A stretch of 59,070 nucleotides of DNA, filler included. It is 9 parts of 9 records of this genome, joined end to end, with 100 filler letters (N's around TTAATTAATTAA, not from the genome) between each part and the next. Parts side by side here need not be neighbours in the genome. Positions count along the whole stretch, not along the records: positions 39,021 to 48,292 come from SRR31156797_66928; positions 48,393 to 53,564 come from SRR31156797_66934; 7 more parts are not named here. One strand, written 5' to 3'. This document shows, piece by piece, positions 39,021-49,226 of this stretch. The translations under genes and the position numbers were made by a program. The stretch's first letter is position 1; each line of letters starts with the position of its first letter. A model generated the notes under the pieces. That model saw only the letters and a program-made list of their open reading frames with translations. It did not search any database and was not told the DNA's origin.

Positions 39021-40387
39021 CCCATGTTGCCGACCTCGGCCATGCCCGGATAGCCCTTCGGGCCGCAGCCCTTGAGCACCATGACGCAGGTTTCGTCGAT
39101 GTCGAGGTCGGGGTCTTCGATGCGGGCGTGATAGTCCTCGATGCTTTCGAAAACGACAGCGCGGCCGCGATGCACCATCAGGTCCGGCGATGCCGCCGAG
39201 GGTTTGAGCACGGCGCCCTGCGGCGCCAGATTGCCGCGCAGCACCGCAATACCGCCCTTGTCGGTCAGGGGTTTATCCATCGGCCAGATGACCTTGTCGT
39301 CGTGGACGACGGCATCCTTGCTGTTTTCCCAGATGCTTTTGCCGTTTACGGTCAGCGCATCCTTGTGCAGCATGCCGGCATCGCCGAGCATACGGATGAC
39401 GGCGGGAAGGCCGCCGGCATAATAGAAGTCTTCCATCAGGTATTCGCCGGACGGCATCAGGTTGACCAGGGTCGGCACGTCGCAGCCCAAACGGTCCCAG
39501 TCGTCGAGGTCCAGATCGATGCCGATGCGCCCGGCCAGCGCAATCAGATGAATCACCGCGTTGGTTGATCCGCCGACGGCACCGTTCAGCCGGATGGCGT
39601 TCTCGAAGGCTTCGCGGGTCAGGATCTTCGACATGGTCAGGTCTTCTTGGACCATCTCGACAATGCGCCGTCCGGCCATGTGCGAAAGCGTATTGCGGCG
39701 CGCATCGACCGCCGGGATCGCCGCATTCGACGGCATGCCCATACCCAGCGCCTCGACCATGCAGGCCATCGTCGAGGCCGTACCCATGGTCATGCAGTGG
39801 CCAGCAGACCGGCTCATGGCGGCTTCGGCATCCATGAATTCGTCGGCCGTCATCTCGCCGGCCTTGACCGCTTCGCTGAATTTCCAGACGTGGGTGCCGG
39901 ACCCGATCAATTCTCCCTTGTAGCGGCCGTTCAGCATCGGCCCGCCGGAAATGGCGATGGCCGGGATGTCGCAACTGGCCGCCCCCATCAGCAGCGAAGG
40001 CGTGGTCTTGTCGCAGCCGACCAGAAGAACGACACCGTCGACCGGCTGGCCGCGAATGGATTCCTCGACCTCCATGGCCGCCAGGTTGCGAAACAGCATG
40101 GCCGTCGGCCTGAACGTGATCTCGCCCAGGGACATGACCGGAAAGTCGACCGGGAAACCGCCGGCTTCCCAGACGCCGCGTTTGACGCGCTCGGCAATGA
40201 TATCGAAATGGGCGTTGCAGGGATTGAATTCGGACTTCGTATTGCAGATCCCGATGACCGGCCGCCCGTCGAAGACGTGACTTGGCAGGCCCTGGTTTTT
40301 CATCCAGCTTCGATGAACGAAGCCGCCCATGTCCTTGGATCCGTACCAGGCAGTCGAACGAAGCGCTTTCTTTTTTTGGTCGGCCAT
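39021..40387 (-). CDS. IlvD/Edd family sugar-acid dehydratase (L-arabinonate dehydratase-like), 3' truncated
   Basis: LRS..W, PCNAH, RPTAMLFRNL, GCDKTTP, GHCMTMGTASTM, GGSTN, GPKGYPGMAEVGNM; start at MADQKK. Confidence 0.9.
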
Positions 40388-40534
40388 TGTCTGTCCCCGT
40401 GATTTTGCTGAAACCGGACGGGGGCCGACAGAACCCGGTTTTCTCCGGGCTTGGTTACTGCCTCCTCCGCGCTGCCAATATACCACCGTTTGCGCGGTCT
40501 GCAATTTGATTGGCCCAACCAATAAACTCAATTA

Positions 40535-40624
40535 GTTTCAAATATGGAACTTCTTTCCAAATGTTGACAGGGCCAAAAAATCCCGATATCTTTTTTAATT
40601 GAAACCAAGTTCCAAATACGGAAC
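40535..40624 (+). promoter_or_regulatory. sigma70 promoter of the TRAP operon flanked by two IclR/KdgR-type palindromic operators
   Basis: TTGACA (40564)-N17-TATCTT (40587); GTTTCAAATATGGAAC (40535-40550), GTTCCAAATACGGAAC (40609-40624) and overlapping TTGAAAC-CAA-GTTCCAA. Confidence 0.7.
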
Positions 40625-40796
40625 AAAAAACAACGTTTAACAATGGGAGGCCGTGCCAAAAACGACTCAGAAGGGTCGGGCGAATCATCACCAAAAACCG
40701 AAACGACCCATGTCCGGGGGACAATTGTCCGGGGGCCGCTTCATTCGGGTGTTGATACGGCTTTTCGAACGGCAACGACTTTTAGGAGGCATGGAC

Positions 40797-41795
40797 ATGA
40801 AATTCAAAACACTTTCGACCGTAATCGGCGCGGCATCGATGGTCGCGGCGATGTCGGTTCCGGCACAAGCAGTTGAATTGAAACTCGGCCACTACGCGCC
40901 GGAATCCCACCCGGCCAACAAGGCCGCCATGATGATGGCCGAGGCCGTCGCCAAACGTACCGGCGGCGAAGTCACCATCAAGATCTATCCGGCCAATCAG
41001 CTAGGTGACGGCAACGAGGTGCTCGAACAGCAGATCAACGGCGTTGTCGACCTGAGCCTGCCGACCCAGCCGATGCTCGACAAATACGGCGAGAAGGGCG
41101 ACAAGCCGTTCGGCGTCGTCATGCTGCCTTTCGTCTATAAGGACTATCAGCATGCCTGGCGCGTCCTTGATGGCCCGTTCGCCGAGTGGGTGGCCCCGCG
41201 GTTCGACCAGATCGGCCTGGTGTGGCTGGCCAACTGGGAATGGGGTTTCCGCAACCTCACCAACAACAAACATCCGGTGATGTCGCCCGCCGACGTCAAG
41301 GGTTTGAAAATCCGCACACCGGGTGAAATCCAGCTGCAAAAGGCGATGGAAGCGGCCGGCGCCATCGTCACCAAGATCAACTTCAAGGAACTGCCGATGG
41401 CCCTCAAACAGGGTGTTGTCGACGGTCAGGAAAACCCGCTGTCGGTGATCTACCACTACAAGCTGTACGAAGTGCAGCCGAACCTGGCGCTGACCTATCA
41501 CTCGTACAACTCGATGATGGCGGTCGCCAGCAAGAAAACCATGGCCAAGCTGACGCCAGACCAGCAGAAAATCCTGGCGGAAGAGGCCAAAAAGGCCGGC
41601 CAGTGGTTCCGCGACGAGCAGCAGAAGGAAGAGGCAAGCCTGGTTGCCAAGCTCGAAGAAAAAGGCATGAAGGTAACGAGGCCTGACCGCGCCGCGTTCA
41701 AGGCGCAAATGGGTCCTGCCTATGACGCCATCGCCGAATACTCCGGCAAGGCAAACGTCGAAGCATTCCTGAAAATGGTCAAAGAAACCAACTAA
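40797..41795 (+). CDS. dctP: TRAP transporter solute-binding protein
   Basis: Signal peptide ending AQA, IYPANQLG, GFRNLTNN, GLKIRT, ALKQGVVDGQENP; ATG after AGGAGG. Confidence 0.92.
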   Translation: MKFKTLSTVIGAASMVAAMSVPAQAVELKLGHYAPESHPANKAAMMMAEAVAKRTGGEVTIKIYPANQLGDGNEVLEQQINGVVDLSLPTQPMLDKYGEKGDKPFGVVMLPFVYKDYQHAWRVLDGPFAEWVAPRFDQIGLVWLANWEWGFRNLTNNKHPVMSPADVKGLKIRTPGEIQLQKAMEAAGAIVTKINFKELPMALKQGVVDGQENPLSVIYHYKLYEVQPNLALTYHSYNSMMAVASKKTMAKLTPDQQKILAEEAKKAGQWFRDEQQKEEASLVAKLEEKGMKVTRPDRAAFKAQMGPAYDAIAEYSGKANVEAFLKMVKETN

Positions 41796-41841
41796 GAATC
41801 GTGTCTGACCGACCGATCCGGACCGGGATGGAGAACGGAAC

Positions 41842-43128
41842 GTGCTGACTCTTGCAATCTTCGCCGTACTGGTGGGCCTGGTGATGCTGGGCGTACCGAT
41901 CTTCGCGGCAATGGGATTGACCGCTGCGGGAACATTCATTCTGTTGGGAGAATCCTTCGTCCTGCCGATGATGGCCCAACGCATGTACGTGGCAACGACG
42001 GGGTTCACCCTTCTTGCCATCCCGTTCTTCATCCTGGCCGGAAATTTAATGAATTACGGAGGCATCACGCAGAGGGTGTTCGATTTCGCGCGCGCCCTGG
42101 TCGGACACCTGCGTGGTGGCCTCGGCCACGTCAACGTGGTCGCCAGCATGATCTTCTCGGGCATGTCGGGAGCCGCCGTCGCCGACGCCGCCGGCCTCGG
42201 CCTGGTCGAAATGAAGGCAATGACCGAAAACGGCTACGACCGCGAATTCAGCGCCGCCATTACCGCGGCGTCGTCGACCATCGGGCCGGTGGTGCCGCCG
42301 TCCATCGCCTTCGTCATTTACGGCAGCATCACAGGCGTTTCCATCGTCAAGCTGTTCATGGCCGGGTTCATTCCCGGAATCCTGATGGGCATCGCGTTGA
42401 TGATCGCCGTCTACTTCGTCGCCAAGAAGCGCAACTACCCGACGGATCCCCTGACCTCATTGCGAAACCTGTGGGTGACCTTCCGCGAATCCTTTCTTGC
42501 CCTGATGATGCCGGTGATCATCATCGGCGGCATCCTGGGCGGATTCTTCACGCCAACCGAAGCGGCCGTCGTGGCGTCCCTCTACGCCTTTCTGATCGGC
42601 GGCGTCTGGTACAGGGAATTCGGCATAAAGGACGTGCCGGAAATCATCTGGGAATCGGTCAAACAGAGTGTGCGCGTGCTGTTCATCATCGCCACCGCCG
42701 GTTTTTTCGGATGGCTGATGGTTCACCAAAGCATTCCGCAACAGGTGATTACCGGCCTGACCACCCTGACGACGGTAAAATGGGTGATGCTGGCGATCAT
42801 CGTCGTCGTGCTGATCGTGCTTGGATGTTTTCTGGAAGGCATCGCGGTATTGGTCATTACCATCCCCGTATTCATGCCGCTGATCGAACAGTTCGGCGTC
42901 GACCCGATCCAGTTCGGCGTCATCATGATCCTGTGTTCGATGATCGGCCTGCTGACCCCGCCTGTCGGCATGAGCCTGTATGCCGTCGCCACCATCAGCG
43001 GCGTCGGGGTCGGCCGTCTGTCGCGGGAGCTGGCGCCCTATCTGCTGGGTATTTTCATCGTCGCGCTGATCATCACCTATGTGCCGATCGTCTCGTTGTG
43101 GCTTCCCAACCTTCTGATGCCGAATTGA
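41842..43128 (+). CDS. dctM: TRAP transporter large permease
   Basis: LLAIPFFILAG, SGMSGAAVADAA, GPVVPPSI, FTPTEAA, GLLTPPVG. Confidence 0.93.
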   Translation: MLTLAIFAVLVGLVMLGVPIFAAMGLTAAGTFILLGESFVLPMMAQRMYVATTGFTLLAIPFFILAGNLMNYGGITQRVFDFARALVGHLRGGLGHVNVVASMIFSGMSGAAVADAAGLGLVEMKAMTENGYDREFSAAITAASSTIGPVVPPSIAFVIYGSITGVSIVKLFMAGFIPGILMGIALMIAVYFVAKKRNYPTDPLTSLRNLWVTFRESFLALMMPVIIIGGILGGFFTPTEAAVVASLYAFLIGGVWYREFGIKDVPEIIWESVKQSVRVLFIIATAGFFGWLMVHQSIPQQVITGLTTLTTVKWVMLAIIVVVLIVLGCFLEGIAVLVITIPVFMPLIEQFGVDPIQFGVIMILCSMIGLLTPPVGMSLYAVATISGVGVGRLSRELAPYLLGIFIVALIITYVPIVSLWLPNLLMPN

Positions 43129-43136
43129 GGCGCGCG

Positions 43137-43682
43137 ATGATGACCCTTCTCAAATCCTTCGATCACGGCCTTGGGCGGTTCATGCGGGCCTTCTGCATCG
43201 CCAATCTGCTGGCACTGATGCTGATTCTGGCCGCCGTCGTGTTTATCCGGTTTTTCCCGGTGGCGATGCTAAGCTGGTCCGACGAAATCATCGAGTGGCT
43301 GATGGCGTCGCTGATTTTCATCGCCGCCGCAGCCCTCTGGCGCGAATGCGATCATTTCAAGATCGAAGCCGTTGCCGCACATGTGTCGGGCACCCTGTTC
43401 GGATTGATATTCACCTTCCTTATCGAGATCTGCACAACCGTCTTTATTTTCTTTTTTGCGAAATACAGCCTCGACTTGACCATTTCCGTCGGCCGCACCT
43501 CGCCGATCCTGGCCTGGCCGATGACCTGGTGGTATGCCCCCATGCCGATTGCCGGGTTCATCATGGTCGCCTATTCCATCCGCAACATCATTCAGGGCTT
43601 CGCCGCCGTCCAAAAAGGTTTAAAAGAAAGGCGCTTGGCCCGTTCGGAGTCCACTCCCGAGCGGCACCGGGACGGGAGATGA
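43137..43682 (+). CDS. dctQ: TRAP transporter small permease
   Basis: Four TM segments, RF....LSWSDEI, DHFKIE, SPIL.WP...WY..MP; the real gene is the last about 181 codons of ORF 42471..43682. Confidence 0.85.
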   Translation: MMTLLKSFDHGLGRFMRAFCIANLLALMLILAAVVFIRFFPVAMLSWSDEIIEWLMASLIFIAAAALWRECDHFKIEAVAAHVSGTLFGLIFTFLIEICTTVFIFFFAKYSLDLTISVGRTSPILAWPMTWWYAPMPIAGFIMVAYSIRNIIQGFAAVQKGLKERRLARSESTPERHRDGR

Positions 43683-43687
43683 GATAA

Positions 43688-44437
43688 ATGAGTACGTTGC
43701 ACAAGGCTTTCACGATCGTCGAGGCGGTGGTTTCCAACCAATCGCGCGGTATGACGTTCGCGGAAATTGTCGCCGCCACCGGAACACCAAAGGCGAGCAC
43801 ACACCGCATCCTGAAAGAGCTGGTGGCGCTTGGGATTTTCAACTTCACGCCGGAAACCAGCCGCTACCGCGGCAGCCTGAAGCTGGCCGGCCTGGGCAGC
43901 GAAGTGACCGTCAACTTCGACCTTCGAACCCTGGTTCGGCCGCATCTGCAGAAAATGCACGATGAAACCCGGCATACCGCCAACTTGGCCGTCCTTGACG
44001 GCGACCAGGGGGTGTATGTCGACAAGATCGAGGCTACCGACTACGGAATCCGGTTGTTTTCCGCCGTCGGCCGGCGGTTTCCGTTGTTCTGCACCGGCCT
44101 TGGAAAATCGCTTCTGGCCCATCAGCCGGTGGAAATACGCAAACGCATCCTGACCCCGCCGCTGAAGGCGGCAACGACGAAGACGGTCACCGAGCCGGAA
44201 CTGATCGAGCAGGAACTGGCCCAGGTCCGCGAGCAGGGATATTCATTGGATCGCGAAGAAATCACGCGAGGCGTGGTGTGTGTGGCGGCGCCGATCTTCG
44301 GTTCCCCGGACAGTGTTATCGGCGCCGTCAGCATCGCGTTCCCCTCTTATATCGACAGCGATCGCGGCATCGAGCCCGAGATCGCGGCAATCAAACATTA
44401 TGCGTCGAAGATTTCCGGCGTTTTGACAAAGGGATAG
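43688..44437 (+). CDS. IclR family transcriptional regulator
   Basis: N-terminal HTH (EIVAATGTPKASTHRIL), PLFCTGLGKSLLA, GYSLDREE...GV.CVAAPI. Confidence 0.92.
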   Translation: MSTLHKAFTIVEAVVSNQSRGMTFAEIVAATGTPKASTHRILKELVALGIFNFTPETSRYRGSLKLAGLGSEVTVNFDLRTLVRPHLQKMHDETRHTANLAVLDGDQGVYVDKIEATDYGIRLFSAVGRRFPLFCTGLGKSLLAHQPVEIRKRILTPPLKAATTKTVTEPELIEQELAQVREQGYSLDREEITRGVVCVAAPIFGSPDSVIGAVSIAFPSYIDSDRGIEPEIAAIKHYASKISGVLTKG

Positions 44438-44444
44438 ACAAGAA

Positions 44445-45218
44445 ATGATTCTCGACAGTTTCAGTCTCGTTGGAAAAAGCGGAATCGTTACCGGCGCCAG
44501 CCGCGGTATCGGCGCCGCTCTGGCACAGGCCGTCCTGGAAGCCGGGGCGAATGTGGTAATCGCCGATATTCTCGAAGACAAGGCCCAGGAAAAAGCCGAC
44601 GAGTTGAACAGGATCGAAAGCGCCGGCCGCGCCGTCGGCGCCCTCGTCGATGTGCGCTCGCGCGAAAGCATCCAGGCCCTGGTCGACAGGACGGTTGCCG
44701 AATTCGGCACCGTCGATTTTCTGTTCAACAACGCCGGCACCATCCACCGCACGCCGAGCGAGGATTTCGACGCCGACGTTTTCGAAGAGGAAATCAAGGT
44801 CAACCTGACCGGCCCGTTCCTGCTGGCCCAGGCCTGCGCCCGGGTCATGATCGCCCACAAACACAAGGGAAAGATCATCAACACGTCGTCGCTGATCGCC
44901 ATGCAGGGCGGCCGGACGGTGCCGGCCTATGCCGCCAGCAAGGGCGGCCTGACCCAGGTCACCAAGACCATGTGCAACGACTGGGCGCAATACAACATCC
45001 TGGTCAACGCCATCGGCCCGGGCTGGGTCGAGACCGAAAATACCGCGCCGTTGCGCGCCAATGCCGAACGCTTCGAAGGCATCAATTCGCGCATCCCGCT
45101 GGGCCGCTGGGCCAAGCCCGCCGACCTGATGGGGGCCGCCGTGTTCCTGGCATCGGACGCATCCGACTACGTCACCGGGCATGTCCTTTTCGTCGACGGT
45201 GGCTGGCTGGCCTACTGA
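44445..45218 (+). CDS. kduD: SDR, KduD / gluconate 5-dehydrogenase-like
   Basis: MILDSFSL.GK, TGASRGIG, GKIINTSS...QGG.TVPAYAASKGG, VNAIGPG...T.NT..LR, RIPLGRW, ASDYVTG..L.VDGGWLA. Confidence 0.72.
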   Translation: MILDSFSLVGKSGIVTGASRGIGAALAQAVLEAGANVVIADILEDKAQEKADELNRIESAGRAVGALVDVRSRESIQALVDRTVAEFGTVDFLFNNAGTIHRTPSEDFDADVFEEEIKVNLTGPFLLAQACARVMIAHKHKGKIINTSSLIAMQGGRTVPAYAASKGGLTQVTKTMCNDWAQYNILVNAIGPGWVETENTAPLRANAERFEGINSRIPLGRWAKPADLMGAAVFLASDASDYVTGHVLFVDGGWLAY

Positions 45219-45275
45219 CAATCATCGAAAAACCGGGCGACGCCCGCCAAAGGGAAAAAAACAAGGGAGAAGAAA

Positions 45276-45665
45276 ATGGCCTACACCGCTAACAAAAAAT
45301 CCAAGTACTGCTACACCATCAAAGATATTCCGCTGGTTCCGATCACCGCCGAGTCGAAGACCCGGTTCCTGGCATCGGACGAGGCGCTCCTCAGCTTCAT
45401 CGAGAACCCGCCGGGCACCGAATTTCCGCTGCACAGCCACGAGGCCGTCCAGATCCTGATCATGCTGGAAGGCAGCGAAATGCATACCTGCGGCGAAGAG
45501 GCATTCCTGATGGAAGCCGGCGATGTCTGCATTCATCCGTCTAACGCCATTCACGGCGGCAAATCGACCACCGGATTCAAGGGTATCGACATCTTCATTC
45601 CGGCCCGCGACGACTATCTGAAGCTGATGGCCGAACACGGTCTTCCGACCGAGCCGGCCAAATAA
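45276..45665 (+). CDS. Cupin domain protein (KdgF-like)
   Basis: FPLHSHEAVQI...EG, GD...PSNAIHG, IDIFIPARDDY. Confidence 0.75.
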   Translation: MAYTANKKSKYCYTIKDIPLVPITAESKTRFLASDEALLSFIENPPGTEFPLHSHEAVQILIMLEGSEMHTCGEEAFLMEAGDVCIHPSNAIHGGKSTTGFKGIDIFIPARDDYLKLMAEHGLPTEPAK

Positions 45666-45701
45666 AACAAGACCACCTGCACGGAGCCTATCTGCACGGA
45701 G

Positions 45702-45735
45702 GGGCGGTAACCGGTTTTTTCTGCCGGTTCCGCCC
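45702..45735 (+). terminator. GC-rich hairpin after the cupin gene
   Basis: GGGCGGTAACCGG ... CCGGTTCCGCCC; no strong U-tract; preceded by a 10-bp direct repeat CTGCACGGAG. Confidence 0.4.
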
Positions 45736-45789
45736 TTCGGCGCGCTATAACGCTTCAATTGGGGCGTTTGGTTGTTCAGGAGTAAAAAC

Positions 45790-46560
45790 ATGAAAAACTA
45801 TCTGCAGGATCTTGCCGGCAAGGCGGTGCTGGTGACCGGATCGTCGACCGGAATCGGCGCTGCCGTTGCCAAGGGCTTCGCCGATTGCGGCAGCAAGGTT
45901 GCGGTTCATTGCAACGCCAGCCGCGAAGCCGCCGACAAGGTTGTCGCCGAGATCAAGAACGACGGCGGCGAAGCGATTCTCGTGCAGGCCGACGTCTCGA
46001 AATCGGCCGAGGCCGCCCGCATCGTCGAGGAAACGATCGCCGCCTTCGGCCGCCTCGACGTGCTCATCAACAACGCCGGTGGCCTGGTGAAACGGACCCT
46101 GGCCGAGGACAACGAAGATGACGTGATCGACGCCATCATCGATCTCAACATCCGGTCGGTCGTTGCCGCCACCCGCGCCGCCATTCCGCAGTTCCGCAAA
46201 CAACAAAGCGGCACCATCATCAATACCGGATCGGTGGCGGCACGGCACGGCGGCGGGCCCGGCACGTCGATCTATGCCAGCACCAAGGGTTTCGTCCACA
46301 CCATCACCAAAAGCTTCGCCAAGGAACTGGTCGGCGACAACGTACGGGTAAACACGGTCTCGCCCGGCGCCATCTGGACGCCGTTCCACAAGGAGACGCC
46401 GGAAAGCGCCGTCGAACAGTGGAAGAAGATGATCCCCCAGGGCCGCCTGGGGACGCCCGAGGACATGGTCGGGGCCTATCTGTTCCTGGCCTCGGACATG
46501 ATGAGCGGCTATGTCACCGGACAAGTCGTCGACGTCAACGGCGGCATGATCATGCCCTGA
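45790..46560 (+). CDS. SDR resembling DEH (4-deoxy-L-erythro-5-hexoseulose uronate) reductase
   Basis: DL.GK.VLVTGSS.GIG, LINNAGGLV.R, NIRSVV, TGS.A...GGGPG..Y...K.F, VSPG...T.FH, SGY.TGQV.D.NGG, as I recall for Sphingomonas A1-R-type enzymes. Confidence 0.7.
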   Translation: MKNYLQDLAGKAVLVTGSSTGIGAAVAKGFADCGSKVAVHCNASREAADKVVAEIKNDGGEAILVQADVSKSAEAARIVEETIAAFGRLDVLINNAGGLVKRTLAEDNEDDVIDAIIDLNIRSVVAATRAAIPQFRKQQSGTIINTGSVAARHGGGPGTSIYASTKGFVHTITKSFAKELVGDNVRVNTVSPGAIWTPFHKETPESAVEQWKKMIPQGRLGTPEDMVGAYLFLASDMMSGYVTGQVVDVNGGMIMP

Positions 46561-46673
46561 TCGAAGGCGGGCCGCCGGCTGAACAGAGCAGCGGCCCACC
46601 CTGATCCAAACAAACACGGCGGCCGCTATTCGGCCCCGGCATCGGTCGGTGAAACGGAACCGGAGTTTCCTTA

Positions 46674-47609
46674 TTGGAAAACGTCGTCAACATCACGCTG
46701 CCCTTCTTCGCCCTCATCGGCTGCGGCTATGCGGCGGCACGATTCCGGCTTTTCCCGACCGACGCCATCGGCGGCCTCAATGCCTTCGTCTGGTACTTTG
46801 CCCTGCCGAGCCTGGTCTTTCGCGGCATCGCGCTCAGGCCGGTGGCGGAGATCCTCGACATCCCCTTCATCGGCGCCTGGGCGGTGGCCGCCTGGTCGAT
46901 CTACATCCTCACCGGGGGACTTGGCCGGGCCTTCTTCAAGGCGCCCTTCGGGGTGTCGTTGCTGCAGGGACAGGGCGCTTCCCTGTCGAACATCGGTTAT
47001 ATGGGATTGCCGCTGCTGATCGCCCTGGCCGGCGAAAAGGCCGCCGTCCCGGCCATCCTGGCGATGCTGACCGACATGGTGCTGGTTCAAACGCCGACCA
47101 TGGCGCTCCTGGAATTGGCCCGCGACACCAAGGGACACCCGCTGGCGACGGCGGGCCGGGTATTGAAGGGATTTCTGACCAATCCCCTGGTGCTGGCCGT
47201 CGCCCTCGCGGCGACAGTGGCCGGGTTTGCCGTACCGGTGCCGGATGCGGTAACGGCGTTCACCGGCCTGCTCGGACAGGCCGCCGGCCCCTGCGCGCTG
47301 TTCGCCATCGGCGCCAAGCTGGCCGGCCAGCCGGTGGCCGACCGATTCGGCGAAGTGGCGTTGATGTCCGTGGCCAAGCTGGTCGCCCACCCGATCGCCG
47401 TCTGGCTGGCGACCTATTACCTGTTCGGCATCGATCCGGAACGCGCCCTGATCGCCGTCCTGCTTGCCGCCCTGCCGATCGGCGGCAACCTGTTCGTCGT
47501 TGCCCAGAATTTCGGCATCTACGCGGCCCGCTCGTCGACGGCAATTCTGGTCTCGACGGCGGTCTCCGTGGCGACCTTTTCCGTCCTTGCGGCGTGGCTG
47601 GCATCCTGA
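46674..47609 (+). CDS. AEC (auxin efflux carrier) family transporter
   Basis: LP.FALI..GY, YFALPSL.F, SNIGYMGLPL, NPLV, ALF.IG, KLV.HP; 10 TM segments. Confidence 0.87.
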   Translation: MENVVNITLPFFALIGCGYAAARFRLFPTDAIGGLNAFVWYFALPSLVFRGIALRPVAEILDIPFIGAWAVAAWSIYILTGGLGRAFFKAPFGVSLLQGQGASLSNIGYMGLPLLIALAGEKAAVPAILAMLTDMVLVQTPTMALLELARDTKGHPLATAGRVLKGFLTNPLVLAVALAATVAGFAVPVPDAVTAFTGLLGQAAGPCALFAIGAKLAGQPVADRFGEVALMSVAKLVAHPIAVWLATYYLFGIDPERALIAVLLAALPIGGNLFVVAQNFGIYAARSSTAILVSTAVSVATFSVLAAWLAS

Positions 47610-47752
47610 CCGCCGCTTTCCCTATTGTTCATTGCGTGCAATCGACATTAAGATGCGCCAGCCCGGCATGGCCTTCAGGCCCAAGGCCGTATTATGATCG
47701 GGCAACCGTGCTTGCGAACAGCAAGAAAAACCTTTGGAGGAGGAGCAAGAAC

Positions 47753-48292
47753 ATGACCGGCAGGCTCGCTGGAAAGACCATTTTCGCCACGGCGTCGGGA
47801 CAGGGGATCGGCCGTTCGACGGCGTTGGCCTTCGCCAACGAAGGCGCCACCGTGTGGGCCACCGATATCAACGAGGAAACGCTGGCCACCCTGGCCGCCG
47901 AAAGCCCCAACATCAAAACCCGCAGGCTCGACGTCACCGACGGTGCCGCGGTTGCCGAAATCGCCGCCGAACTGGGCGCCGTTGACGTCATCTTCAACGC
48001 CGCCGGCTACGTCGCCAACGGCACCATCCTGGAATGCGACGACGCCGACTGGGACCGCTCGTTCGATATCAACGTCAAGTCCATGTACCGCATCATCAAG
48101 GCCTTCATGCCGGCCCTGCTCGTGGCCGGACACGGCAACATCGTCAACATCGCCTCGGTGGCCAGTTCGATCACCGGCGTGCCGAACCGCTTTGCCTACG
48201 GCACCTCGAAGGCGGCCGTCATCGGCCTGACCAAGATGATCGCCACCGATTTCGTCGACAAGGGAATCCGCATCAACGCGGTGTGCCCGGGC
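47753..48292 (+). CDS. SDR, 2-keto-3-deoxy-L-fuconate dehydrogenase/BDH2-like, 3' truncated
   Basis: RLAGK....TASGQGIGR, ATDIN, FN.AGYV..GTIL, PNRFAYGTSKAAVIGLTK; GGAGGAG RBS. Confidence 0.8.
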
Positions 48293-48392
48293 NNNNNNNN
48301 NNNNNNNNNNNNNNNNNNNNNNNNNNNNNNNNNNNNTTAATTAATTAANNNNNNNNNNNNNNNNNNNNNNNNNNNNNNNNNNNNNNNNNNNN
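48293..48392. other. Artificial contig spacer
   Basis: N44-TTAATTAATTAA-N44. Confidence 0.99.
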
Positions 48393-49206
48393 TCCAATGA
48401 AAGACGGTGTTATTGCTGATTTTGAAGTAACCAAGAAGATGATCGCTTTCTTTATTAAAAAGGCGATTAAAGGCCGTAATCTTGTCAAACCAAAGATTAT
48501 CATCTGCGTCCCCACCGGGATTACTCAGGTTGAGAAAAGGGCGGTTATTGAATCCGGTCAGCAGGCCGGGGCACGGGAAGTCAGACTCATTGAAGAGCCC
48601 ATGGCCGCGGCCATTGGTGCCGGCTTGAATATTCATGAGCCTGAAGGAAATATGGTTGTGGATATCGGCGGTGGTACTACCGAAGTTGCTGTTATAACTC
48701 TTTCTTCTGTGGCTCATAGTCAGTCTGTGCGTGTGGCCGGGGATGAGATGAACCTTGCTATCATGCGTTACATGCAGGATGAATTTAAGCTGCTGGTGGG
48801 TGAAAACACAGCTGAGAGAGCTAAGATTCAGATTGGTTCTGCAATTGAACTGCCTGAGCCCCTGACCATGACTGTTTCCGGCCGTAATTTATTAGACGGT
48901 AAGCCTAAGTCTATTGAAATAACTGATGCCCAAATCAGGGAAGCTATTGCTGATCCTGTTGCAGCTATTGTTCATTCCGTAAGGGTTGCTCTTGAGCGTA
49001 CTCAGGCGGAGCTTGTTGCCGACATCGCTGATAATGGTTTGCTGCTTGCCGGTGGCGGAGCTCTCCTTAAGGGGTTGGATAAATTGATAAGTCGTGAGAG
49101 TTCTCTCAAGGTTATTATTGATGACGACCCGCTGACCACCGTTGTTCGTGGTACTGGGCTAAGTCTTCAGAAAGACAGAGGTTTTGAGAAAGTTTATATT
49201 AATTGA
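48393..49206 (+). CDS. mreB: MreB/Mbl-family actin homologue, 5' truncated
   Basis: PMKDGVIADF, EEPMAAAIGAG, VDIGGGTTEVA, AGGGALL. Confidence 0.9.
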
Positions 49207-49226
49207 CTTTTTTCTTATCAAAAGCA

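Noticed and set aside
42471-43136. Apparent long N-terminal extension of dctQ, or a dctM-dctQ frameshift fusion
   Set aside because: Off-frame overlap with dctM in GC-rich DNA; dctM has a normal C-terminus and dctQ has a GAGG RBS and ATG at 43137.
46649-48340. 563-aa ORF suggesting a long N-terminal extension on the last SDR
   Set aside because: The first about 368 codons are an Arg/Gly/Pro-rich off-frame reading of the AEC gene; the SDR has its own RBS and ATG at 47753.
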